This document shows positions 1-11,328 of a stretch of 64,000 bases of DNA, in pieces. The stretch's first letter is position 1. Every line of letters begins with the position of its first letter. Both the position numbers and the translations under genes were made by a program. Location: assembly GCF_003918875.1 (NCBI RefSeq), contig NW_025765237.1, positions 806,001 to 870,000 on the forward strand, in the 5' to 3' direction. Source of the DNA: Haliotis rubra (taxonomy: Eukaryota). The notes under the pieces are model-generated. The model searched no databases. It saw nothing but the letters and a program-made list of their open reading frames with translations, and was not told where the DNA came from.

Positions 1-297
1 CGACAGGTGAAATTGACAACTGAGCACACGCTCGGGCGAGGGGTCATATCAATAGATGTTTTCTGCAAAATGTTGAATATGTGTACGTATAGTATACGTA
101 TTGGTTATGTAAGGGATCATTTGTGTATGTGTGTTTGTTTTGAAATAAACATACAAATTACTGTACATTGGAAAGAATCCTATCACTTGTGTTATCTTAT
201 CGATTGATTGTAGAAATGTGCAACGTTTTAATAAATGTTTTGCATGTCAACAGTATAGTTCATTGAAAAAATATGGATGTAATTTGGTCAGTTTAAT

Positions 298-624
298 CTA
301 GTTTGCCAAAGATATATTATATATATTTTTCTTTTCATAAAGTTTGTAGACCGCCCGTCTAAGCACTCCCTTGTCAAAGTTGTCAAGGATGGTTTTACGT
401 CCCGGTTTTGCATATGAGACGGTCCCTGTCTTGTCTGATTTGTTTACAATATTGTAAACTTGTTGGTAAGACATGCCAACAGCTCTACAAGTTCTGTAAT
501 AAACCCTCTCTACACTAATGAAAGGTTTACCTCTGTCTTTTTTAAGCAGAAAAAAACTATAAACCTTTGCAACAATCGACTGCAAATCGTTGGCCATAGT
601 GGACGCTGTGATAAAGATGTGCAT
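298..624 (-). pseudogene. N-terminal remnant of an IS630/Tc1/mariner-type transposase
   Basis: HTH-like RAVGMSYQQVYNIV followed by GRKTILDNFDKGVLRRAVYKLY resembles the N-terminus of invertebrate DDE_3 transposases; no catalytic domain follows in frame. Confidence 0.5.
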
Positions 625-1055
625 GCATGAGGGGAAACTTATTATTCAAGACTTAACATTTATATTAATATTTCTTCAATAAAGAAAACGATAATTAAGT
701 AAAGTAACACAAACATTCAACATTTATTTGTTTAGGAAAAACGTTAATTCATATTTTTACACCACCTGTATTATTAGCATAAATGTAAAGACTATTTCAG
801 ATTTCTGTTGTTAAACTCTGAATAAATCTTAAGTTGCTGTTTTGGTACCAAATTCTCTCCTGTAAACTGCCCTTTAAATTCATGGGAATGTTAAATCGAT
901 TGAAATAAAAATTAGGTAGACAATAGGCGAGTTGATATATTGACAACATCGTACATTTATCACCTTTATAAAGATATTAAGGCTAAAAAGCATTTTTCTA
1001 GCATTTCCGACAGTACTTTAGAAACAAAGCTATATCCAGGACAGCAGCAGTTCAT

Positions 1056-3952
1056 TTACGGTGGGCATCCTTCCCTTCCCTGCATGTCATACATGACGTA
1101 AGAGGACCCAGCAGTTGGAGGGAGAGCTGTGAGACTGACAGATGACTCCATGCCAGCACCACCAGCCAACTGAACCCTTGAGTCGATCACTGAGCTGTCG
1201 ATGGTGATGAGTCCCCCTCCCGACGTGCTGGACAGAGGCATTTCTGCTGTGCCTCCTAACTGTGTGAGTGTGTGGCTCTTACTGGGGTCAGGACCTGGAG
1301 GATGGATGCCACCAGACAAATGACACAAGGGTTCAGTCATTGGGCTCTGTGTGGACAGGTGGCCTAGAGGATCCACTACCACATGTTCCTCAGATGATCG
1401 GTTTATTGGAAGGATTGGCTCTTTGGCTGTTTGTGGCAGCTGCTGAGTCAGTATGTGTTTTTCACCTGACCGTGGCAGTGGATGACTGATAGTGTGTTCA
1501 CAATGGCCTAACACGTGTGTCACTCTTTCTTCAGCTGAGTGTATGAGATGTTCCTCGACTGGCATGTTGGAGGATCGACCAGCTTCCATCTCAGCTGCCA
1601 AGATGGTTCCTGTTCCTGTAGTGCTGACAGTCACATGCTTGGAAGCATTGTTACCTGTCGCGTCAAAACGCGATCCCTTCGAACACTGAGTGCGCCTTGT
1701 GTGCCTCTGCAGGTCATGTGATGTGTAGAAACGTTTGTAACAGATAGTACACTGGTGGGTTTTCATTTTAATGTCGTGGCGCTTGGAATGTTCTGCCAAG
1801 GCCTCAGATGTGGTGTAAGCCTTCCCACATGTTTCACATCCGAACGGTCGCTCCCCAGTGTGCAGCCCCATGTGCAGAACAAGGTCATTGCTGTTAGCAA
1901 AACCTTGCCCACAAATGTAGCAGTTCTCCTTCCTTGCCTTACAGTGCTTCTTCTGGTGAAGCTTCAGGTATGCAGGATCTGCAAAATGTTCTCCGCAGGT
2001 TCTGCACTGAATCAGCCCTTCACCTGTGTGGCTCTTCATGTGGATCTTCAGGTACCGCGGATCTCGGTAACTCTTTCCACAGATGCTACACTGGTGTCTC
2101 TCGTAGCCTGTGTGCATCTTCATGTGGCTCTTGAGGTATTTTGGAGCTGGACACTTCTTGCCACAGAATTCACACACCAAAGGGTTCTCCGTGTTGTGTA
2201 TCTGCATGTGTTTCTTCAGCGTCTTTTTGGCAGCAAACTCCTTCTGACAGACGTGACACTGAAACGGCTTCACTGAACTGTGCAGAAGCAGGTGATCCTT
2301 CAGGGTGGATGACGTGATGAACTTGTTGCCACACACTTCACAGGAGAATCTCTTCTCCCCTGTGTGCTTACTACGATGTACATCTAGAAGTTTCTGTGTG
2401 AAAAAAGCCTTGGAACAAAAACTGCACTTGAATTCTTTCTCCTTTGTATGTTGTCGCTTGTGTTTGTTGAGATGGGGACGGGAAGCGAAGTGAAGGTGAC
2501 AGTATGGACAGGCAAAGGGGCGTATTCCTTTGTGGATTCGAATATGCGTCTCCAAATTTGTTTTGGTCATAAAAGCTTTGTCACACATGCTACACATAAA
2601 TGACTTTTCTTTAGTCAGATGTCTCTTCTTGTGTGCACGGAGTCCACCTGTTGAGGTGAAGGTCATGCCACAAGTATCACACTGAAATGGACGTTCTCCC
2701 GTGTGGGTGCGGATGTGGTACTTGAGGGCAGGTGCCAGACTGAATGCCCTGTCACAGATATCACATTTGAATGCCTTCGCATGACGATATTTGTGGGTCT
2801 TCCAATTTGTTCTTGTCTTAAACCCCAGACCACACACATCACAGACAAAGGGCCTGGCGTCAGTGCGAGGCCTTATGCTGCCGCAGATTGGATGCATGTT
2901 TAAAAACTTTCTCACAGACCAGACACTTATACTGCTTTGCACAGGCACATCTCTTCTCACTGCCACATGTGTCACAAACCTTCTGACTCGTAACCTTCAG
3001 CTCATCCTCAGGGGACACAGCTTTATGCTTTGCTTTTCTTTCATTTTTGACACGACTTCTGGTCACAGGTTTTTTAACAATAATTCTTTTAGTTTTTGAT
3101 TTCTTATTTAATACTTGTGGATTGTCTGTATCAGACACAATGTCTGCCTGTTCCCAGGGTGGATCATTAGACTCAAGTGTCTCTCCTGAGAGTGATGTCC
3201 CTCTTTCCACATCCTCTAAAGCTTTTGTAGAACAACTTTCTGGCTCTTTCAGTGCTTTCAAAGCTAAGACATACTTCTCTCGTGGTCGACAAGATCGACG
3301 GGGGTCTCCCTGTATTGGTGTTGAACACCTCATTGTTCTTGACGCTGTCCATTGATAAATCAGATGTTTTTGTTTTCTTCTGCTGATCATCATCAGCTGC
3401 CTTATCACTTTCTTCATCCATGTGTGTGTCAAACTGTTCAAACGTTTCATCTATTTCATCATCACTACATTCCTCCTCCTCTTCCTCATCATCATCATCA
3501 TCACTCCCTGTCACAGACTCAGCAGGGTCAACGCTGGCTTGTTTTGGCTCAGCAGTGTTTTTCAGAACTGCACAATCAGATTCACTTTTATCTGGAAAGT
3601 CAGTAACCTCCACTCCAGTACCACAAGCACAGTTCTCATCCACTGATGTCAAATTGATACGGATCAGTGTCTCCTTTTTCTCCAGCCTCTCCCCACACCT
3701 GTCACAGCCGTCTGCTTCATTTGAGCAGACGGACTCTGCAACAACTTGAGTACATGTCACAACCCCCTGGACGAACTTGCTGAACATCTGCCCATCACCA
3801 TCATCCTCTCCCATTACAAGCTTCAGATTTAGGTCGAGAGTCCGATCCTGTACAACAGCGTGTGTGAAGGAGCACTGAAGGATGGTTGTAATCAGGCTCT
3901 GCTTCACACCCTCTCGCCTCGCTGGTTCCTTCATCTTCCCTGACTGACTCAT
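1056..3952 (-). CDS. ZNF-A: C2H2 poly-zinc-finger protein (~15 fingers) with the shared N-terminal domain and an acidic linker
   Basis: Joins ORFs 3173-3964, 2860-3450 and 1056-2975 through an extra base in the G5 run at 3300-3304 and a missing AC at ~2862 (KASH|TDARPF). TGERPF linkers; first ATG (MSQSGK) at 3952; acceptor ttcatttcttgcag at 4247-4260. Confidence 0.88.
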
Positions 3953-4304
3953 CTTCACCCACACAGCTCTCTAAGGACTGTCATCACAGCTGCCAGAAGG
4001 AAATATGGAGTCGTATAGCTTCACAAGGAAAGCTTGAGTCTAACAGATCCCCAATCACAGCTTCACAAGGGCAGCCTGGGCCACAAAGCCTCACAGTCAT
4101 AGATTCGAAAAGACATCTTCACAGATCAAGATGACAGCTTCATGGAGAGACCTTCATCCTGACACTATAAGGTGTTGCTGCCCCTGTGCTGTAGTGATCT
4201 TGTAGCCTGGATGGACTTCATGGGGCCCATTCCTTGGTCTTCTGTACTGCAAGAAATGAAAACGACAGTTTAGTGAAAGACTGAGTGATGCTCAAAGCCA
4301 AAGT

Positions 4305-4625
4305 TAGTGAGTGAGTGAGGGGGTGAGTTAAGATTTATAATCACATCGACAATACTTCAGCCATATTGTGACTAAAACAAGTTGTACACCCATAATATAT
4401 AAAGTTGTATTGTAAAATCTGTCAACTACAGACACTAAAACAACTAGATTACCACAAATACAGAAGAAAAGCTAGTTTGTAACATTAAAATTATACCATT
4501 ATTCAGGACAATACAAACTAAATACAGACATAGATCACCAGCAACTGAAGGTAGATCACCATACTCTAGACCATGGGGACATACAATACAGCTGCTACCT
4601 GCATCTACCCCAAGTGCTTGATATT
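4305..4625 (-). mobile_element. 5'-truncated retroelement 3' end with (ACTC)n tail, probably a LINE 3'UTR
   Basis: Homologous to 33110-33410 (ggtgatctaccttcagt...tctagttgtttta...ctgaa.tattg.cgatgtga.tataaat..taactcac); ends in the tail used by the local SINEs. Confidence 0.6.
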
Positions 4626-5269
4626 AGGAGAACCGATCTCAGCTTTCTTGTTACAAAGGCACACAATGAACCATATATATTTTGGACTACAACATACACT
4701 TATATGGTTAGCAGCAAAATATGTACATTGTATCTTGTATATATGTGTGTGCATGTATATGTGTAAGTACATATGTTTGCATATATATGCATATATGCGT
4801 ATTTATATGAATTCACACTAGTGTGGCAAACTATAACTGAGTGGGGAATAAAGATATATAGAAGAAGAAAAACAGAGTCTGATCACACAATCCATTCAGA
4901 TGCCTTCAACATGATAGCATGGGATCTTATTGACCTGAGTGCCGTTGTACAAAACAACCTCTGCGCTAAGGCTATCATAAGTCTATGTTAAGATATGGGA
5001 GTTACTGTCACCTTAGCACAAAGATCGCTTTGTGCCATCCTAGTCTACCCCAAATTCCTACAAGGGTGCCCCTTTCCAGTGTCACCTGCTGTGATATGGC
5101 TGGAATATTGATAAAACCTTACTTATTCACTCACTCACCCCTACAATCGCATGAAGGGAGATTCAGCTTATAGTATTGTTTGTTTTCTTTAAAACTCCAC
5201 TCTTTACACAAGGATACACACTTCAAGTTGACATATTAAACAAACCTATGCAACTGCTTTATGCCTCAA

Positions 5270-8200
5270 CTAGGTGGGAGACCGCCCCTGAAGATTCAGC
5301 TTGTAGTATGCATTAGTGAGCATCTGGTCCGTGTCACCCATCAGGGCGTTCAGGGCATTCTCCAAACTGGAGTTGGGGTCGAGGGAGTCGATGTGGATGG
5401 GAGAGGAGATGCTGGCCATGTCCAGCAGCATGTCTTCTGCCTCCCCTTTCACCTGTTCTGTATCACTGGTGTCACTCTCACTCTTGTGTCCTTCATTCAT
5501 GTGACCTTCACTGGCCTGTGCACTGAGCTGAGTTTCATTGGCTTGTACACCGACCTGATCATTGTATCCCTGTGCAATGACCTGACCATCCTTGGCTTGC
5601 ACATTGACCTGAACTTCATTGGCTTGTACACTGACCTGATTGTTGAGCTCCTGTTCACTGTCCTGACCTGTGCGTACCTTGGCAATGACCTGCCCTTCAT
5701 TGCCTCGTACATTGACCTGACATTCATTGGCTTGTACATTGACCTGACATTCATTGGCTTGTACATTGACCTGATCCATGTGTCCCTGTGCATTGACCTG
5801 ATCCTCATGTCCCTGGGCAGTACACTGACTTCCACTGTCTTGCACACAGATCAGATTATTGTCTCCAGGTACATTGACATGAGCTTTGCTGGCCTTTGTG
5901 TAGACCAGACTATCACTGGCCTGTACATTCATGCCATCTCCTTGAGCCATGAAATGTTTATCAGCACTTGCTTCACCTTGGAGAATATTGCTGGACTCCT
6001 GAAGTGGATTATTTCCCCTGACTGCCCCTTAACACCACCCTTGTCACTGGCCTTCACACTGACAAAAGTGTTCCTGCTGAACTTTCCAGTGATCCTTTCA
6101 AGGTCACAGTCCTCAATGACCTGGGTTTCAGGATTCTCTTCCTGTTCTTCTGTTGGTAGTGAAATATTTTGAATGTCCACTGAAAGATTCTGATGTCTGG
6201 GTACTTTTGGGGTTACTGGTCCTGCCTCACTCAATTCTTGTGCTTTCACTTGAAGCATGTTGGCATCACTATTTTCAAGGTCATACTTGAATTTATCTGG
6301 TAACTGAACTCTACTCTTGACCTTATTGTGTGTTTTCATATGTTTCCGCAAATCACTTGCACATACATAACCCTTGGAGCAAATATCACATTTATGTGTT
6401 TTCAAGCTGTCGTCATGTCGACGGGCATGTTCAGACAAAGCATCAGCCTTCATGAAGCCTTTGCCACACACCTGGCACTCATGTGGACGTTCTCCAGAAT
6501 GAACTCCACGATGAAACCTCAGATCCCTCTGGTTGACAAACTCCCTGCCACACTCCTCACACTGCACAGTCTTCCTCCGGCAGAACCTCTTCTTGTGGAC
6601 CTTCAGGTAAGATGGGTCGGCAAAGTTCTCAGAGCAGAGATCACACTTCAAGAGCCCCTCGCCGGTGTGAGATTTCATGTGGATCTTCAGATAGGCAGCT
6701 TCTCGGTAGGACTTTCCACACACTTCGCACCGATGCTTCTCATACCCGATGTGAGTCTTCCTGTGGGACTGGAGGTAGTTGTTGGTCGGGAAGGTCTTGC
6801 CACAGACCTCACACACAAGAGGGTTCACTGTGTTGTGGATCCTTGAGTGTTTCTGAAGTTGCCCAAAGGAAGCAAAGTCTTTCTTGCAGCATTCACACTT
6901 GAATGGTTTCACATCACAGTGCAGTAGGACATGCTTCTTCAGAGATGCCTTGACAGTGAATGAGCTTCCACATTCATCACATTTGAACTTCTTATCCCCT
7001 GTATGCTTGGTACGGTGGTACTCTAGATCTTTGGCTGATATGAAAGCTTTAGGACACAGGTCACATGTGTGCCGTTTCCCACCTAAGTGGAGCTTCATGT
7101 GCTTGTGGAGGTGGAGCTTTGACAGGAATGGCTTGCCACACAAACCACAAGTGAAAGGTCGATTTCCTGTGTGGACAGTCAGATGAGCCTGCAGCTGTGT
7201 CCTCATGAGGAAGCACCTGCCACACAGGTCACACTTGAATGTGTCAGCCTTGTGCTGTATGTTGTGAGTGGCAGCCATGTTGGTCTTCCCAGCAGCGTCA
7301 CTTCCCTGCACTCCATCACTGTTCCTCATATGAAGTTCTACAGCATGGGAATCATCAAAAGAAGGCTGCTCACAGCTCTCACATTTCATACCATCATGCA
7401 CAGATTTCATATGTCTTGTCAACTGCAGTTTTGTCTTAAATACAATATCACACACACTACAAGAGAAGTTGTCTGATTTAATATTAGAGTTCATATTTTC
7501 AGGATTCTCTGTCCCTTTCCTTCCATGTGTTGGTGGCAAACTTCTGGGGTATTTTGATCTGCTTAAAGATTGGTCCGTCAAGGAGCATAATGCAGTCATA
7601 TCAGAGTCATCAGTCTTTCTTGTCTGTCTCTTTCTTCCACCGCGCCTGAGACAACCACTCACACTAGTATGTTTATCTTGTATTAAATTGGTCAGGGTTT
7701 CAGCGGACTCTGAAGCACTATTTTGATTTCCTGTATCTGAACATTGACACTTGCTACCTGATCCAGTAGATGAAAACTTCTTCCTGTCTCCATCAGCAGT
7801 CTTATTCACAGGTGCTTGCTTCATGCAAGTATAGCCCTGCAGTTGATCAGCATCTCTAGGGTCATCATTCACCACCTCACCACAGACTGTACAAGAGGGT
7901 TTACCAGTCTGAATGTCTCCAGTGAGTTCAACCTTGTCACCAGAGACTGCACAAGAGTGTCTATGTTCATCAGCTTTGGTGTCTCCAGTGTCTACAACCT
8001 TATCAACAGAGACTGCACATGATCGACCATGTTTATCAGCCTGAGTGTCTCCAGTGTCTACAGCCTTGTCACCCAAGACTGTACAAGAGTGTCCATGTTC
8101 ATCAGCCTGAGCTGTCTCCAGTATCTACAGCCTTGTCACCCAAGACTGTACAAGAGTGTCCATGTTCATCAGCCTGAGCGTCTCCAGTATCTACAGCCTT

Positions 8201-8938
8201 GTCACCCAAGACTGTACAAGAGTGTCCATGTTTATCAGCCTGAGTGTCTCCAGTATCTACAGCCTTGTCACCCAAGACTGTACAAGAGTGTCCATGTTCA
8301 TCAGCCTGAGTGTATCTTGTGTCTACAGCCTTGTCACCCAAGACTGTACAAGAGTGTCTATGTCTATCAGCCTGAGTGTCTCCAGTATCTACAGCTTTGT
8401 CACCCAAGACTGTACATGATCGTCTATGTTCATCAGCCTGAGTGTCTCCTGTGTCTACACCCTTGTCACCCAAGACTGTACAAGAGTGTCTATGTCTATC
8501 AGCCTGAGTGTCTCCAGTATCTACAGCTTTGTCACCCAAGACTGTACATGATCGTCTATGTTCATCAGCCTGAGTGTCTCCAGTATCTACAGCCTTGTCA
8601 CCCAAGACTGTACAAGAGCACCTGTTAACAGATGTCACCACAATGTGAAAGGCGGTCTGTCGACCCTTCTGGCCACATTCTGGACAGTCATCAACCACCT
8701 CAGACCTTGAGTCAGACAGGCAGGTCACTGTGCCATTTACAAATTCTTCATAAAGCGGATTCTCACAACCTTCAGATTCAAACATCAGTCTCATTTCTAA
8801 AACTCCGAGCAAAAAACTAATGTTGGAAACAGAGCACTGAAGACTTGATTTGTTAATGTCCTTAACGACTCCAACACCTCTCTTCATGTGTGATCTGGAT
8901 GCCTGTGCCATCTTCTCTTTCTTTGACCATGCCACCAT
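5270..8938 (-). CDS. ZNF-B: C2H2 poly-zinc-finger protein (~12 fingers) with the shared N-terminal domain and 22-aa and 9-aa repeats
   Basis: Joins ORFs 8102-8938, 5929-8076 and 5270-5950 through an extra C at ~8112 in a repeat unit and a probable missing base near the C4 run at 6015-6018; acceptor tttcctattctttcag at 9135-9150. Confidence 0.88.
5500..5830 (-). repeat. Coding 27-bp minisatellite (QVNVQANEC-type 9-aa units, ~12 diverged copies)
   Basis: Visible in the 226-aa ORF: QVNAQGHMD QVNVQANEC QVNVQANEC QVNVRGNEG ... Confidence 0.85.
7880..8618 (-). repeat. Coding 66-bp minisatellite (SCTVLGDKAVDTGDTQADEHGH, ~11 copies)
   Basis: cccaagactg recurs with period 66 (e.g. 8271, 8337). Confidence 0.95.
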
Positions 8939-9707
8939 GAACTCAAAGGCCTAAGTGTTCCTGTTCAGTTCCAGAGGTTCCACAGAATTGACTGGGAATT
9001 CTTTATTCCAGCTTGATGAGCAATAACAAATGACAGTCACTCACTTTGATTTTCTCAATACCACCTGAAGATCACTGACCAATTTCCTCTCAGTGCTGGT
9101 ACCCATCAAGTGGTGATATCCATACCAGTATGCACTGAAAGAATAGGAAACGGCCTTGAAAGTGTTGCTCCAAACAATACTCATATGACTGTTAAATATA
9201 TTTAAACTTTTAATGGGTGGCCCTTACTAATGTCTGCACAGGAGTATTGAGTCAAGCCTATTACCATCATTAACAAGTCTTCAAATGATGATAAACAAAC
9301 AAAATATCTATCGTTTGATCTTTAAATATTTATTTTTTTGTTTCATAGTGTATCATTTCCAAAAGGCATGTTTTGAGGTGGTTTTCTGTTTTTTTTCTCC
9401 TTTGAATTGTGGGGCAAAGGGAGGATTGGGTGTGGGTGTGAGGGTGAAAGGTGAAACCTCACAAGATACCCATTATAAGAACCTCATATGGTATTCAAAC
9501 ACCATGAAATTTATTATCACATCCCTTCAAAGGAGGAGACAATATTGTTATTTGATCTAGAAATTTACATGATAATGATCAAAATGTAGCTTTAAGTCAG
9601 TGTTATATTCACTGAGATCAGGTAGACACTGGCCATGTGACTTACATCTATTAATTTCAATTAGAACAGTGCTAAAGGTTTTTTTTAAGATTAATGTATC
9701 ACTTTAA

Positions 9708-9940
9708 CCGGGGTTAGAATTAGTTTTCAGCAACACATCCTTGTCAAAAGAGGCGACTAACGGGATCGGGTGGTCAGGCTCGCTGACTTGGTTGACACAT
9801 GTCATCGTATCCCAATTGCGAGGATCGATGCTGATGCTGTTTATATCTAGATTATCTGCTCCAGACTCGATTATTTACAGACCACCACCATATTGCTGGA
9901 ATATTGCTGAGTGCGGCATTAAACAACAAAACCAACCAAC
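9708..9940 (+). mobile_element. SINE family B copy, slightly 5'-truncated
   Basis: gggttagaat...aagaggcgactaacgggatcgggtggtcaggctcgctgac...gctggaatattgctgagtgcggc. Confidence 0.85.
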
Positions 9941-10450
9941 CAAATGTGATAAAACAATCAAGCACTCAGAAAACATAAAACAGTCTTCTCACATGGGAAC
10001 ATCAAGTAGTATGAACCTGATCTAGTCTTCACCTACTGGTTCATTTTGTGTGCGATTCAACAAATAACATTCACATTTGTAACTTTTTCACACATTAGAT
10101 TTATACATGGCTTAGTGGTTATGTTGAAAACTGAACCAATATAGTCAACATGTAGGTAATGACATCATCACAAACCACACCTTATGCAATACGACTTTAT
10201 TATGTTACTTGCATATAATAAGTGAAGCATTACATTATCACCTATTGTGCTTGATACGAGTTTTATCAACTCTGTAATGTTGACCCACATGAATAACACA
10301 CAATTCACGTAGACAAACTCAAGAAGGCCAAAACAATACCTACATTGATCTGGGTGTACACCATTGTTCACACTGCCAACATACACAGCTTAACGTTTCA
10401 TGGAGATAATCGGACATGTAATTCTTGACACACTTGACATATGTGAATCA

Positions 10451-10580
10451 GAGTGAGTGAGTGAGTTAAGTCTTACACCACTTGTACAATTTTCCAACAA
10501 TATCTCGGCAGGGGACACCAGAAATAAGCTTACCACATTGTACCCATGTGGGGAATCGAACCCATGTCTTCAAGCGTGAA
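10451..10580 (-). mobile_element. SINE family A (tRNA-derived), partial
   Basis: B box ggttcgattcccc plus family A body and (ACTC)n tail on the minus strand. Confidence 0.8.
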
Positions 10581-10776
10581 TGTTAATCAGAACTGTATAC
10601 CATAGAAAAACATCCTCATCAAAAGTTAAGTGGTATATAATGGATGAGATTTGCTAACAGGAACAGTGAAGCAAAGTCAGATGTTGATGTTTAGAAATAC
10701 AACTGAATCCAACAATATGAAAACAAGGAAGCTACAGTGGTGACTTTTCCCAAAGTATTTAATACTTCTTATTACA

Positions 10777-11022
10777 GACCCGTGAAGATTCGGGTTAGAA
10801 TATTGGCCTTCACTAACCCATGCTTGTCGTAAGAGGTGACTAACAGGATTGGGTGGTCAGGCTTGCTGACTTGGTTGAAATATGTCATCAGTTCCCAATT
10901 GCGCAGATCGTTGCTCGTGCTGTTGATCACTGGATTGTCTGGTCCAGAGTGGATTATTTACAGACTGCCACCATATAGCTGGAATATTGCTGAGTGCGGC
11001 GTAAAACTCAACTCACTCACTC
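10777..11022 (+). mobile_element. SINE family B, full length (non-tRNA structured head)
   Basis: Flanked by 13-bp TSD acttcttattaca (10764-10776 / 11023-11035); starts gacccgtgaag, ends aactcactcactc. Confidence 0.92.
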
Positions 11023-11328
11023 ACTTCTTATTACAACAGTATAGGGCATAAAACTGATTGGATAACAAGAATCATCATGTCTGAACATAAATTCCTACGC
11101 ATACCACTTCAAAGTGGTCTGGAATCTTACCCTGATATAACTTGCTTTCTAGATCACTTTCAGCAACCAAATTACAAATAAATTAATATTTCACAGAAAG
11201 CGAGTAAGTATTTGAAAACTCATTTTCAACATAAGTCCTATTACAGGGCTTGTGGAATTGTGGCTTGTGTGATGACAATGACACTCAACTCCACAAGTAT
11301 TCGGTGGTAACTCCACAAGTGTTACAAT

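Noticed and set aside
3623-3880. Shared N-terminal domain as ZAD/zf-AD or THAP
   Set aside because: ZAD opens with CxxC and closes with CxxC plus a long helix; THAP is C2CH with an AVPTI box. This domain opens with a single Cys in LxCxF and has a different spacing. A profile search is still needed.
5261-6172. 303-aa hydrophobic plus-strand ORF and other antisense ORFs over the ZNF genes
   Set aside because: Shadow frames of coding repeats and finger arrays with no independent gene signals.
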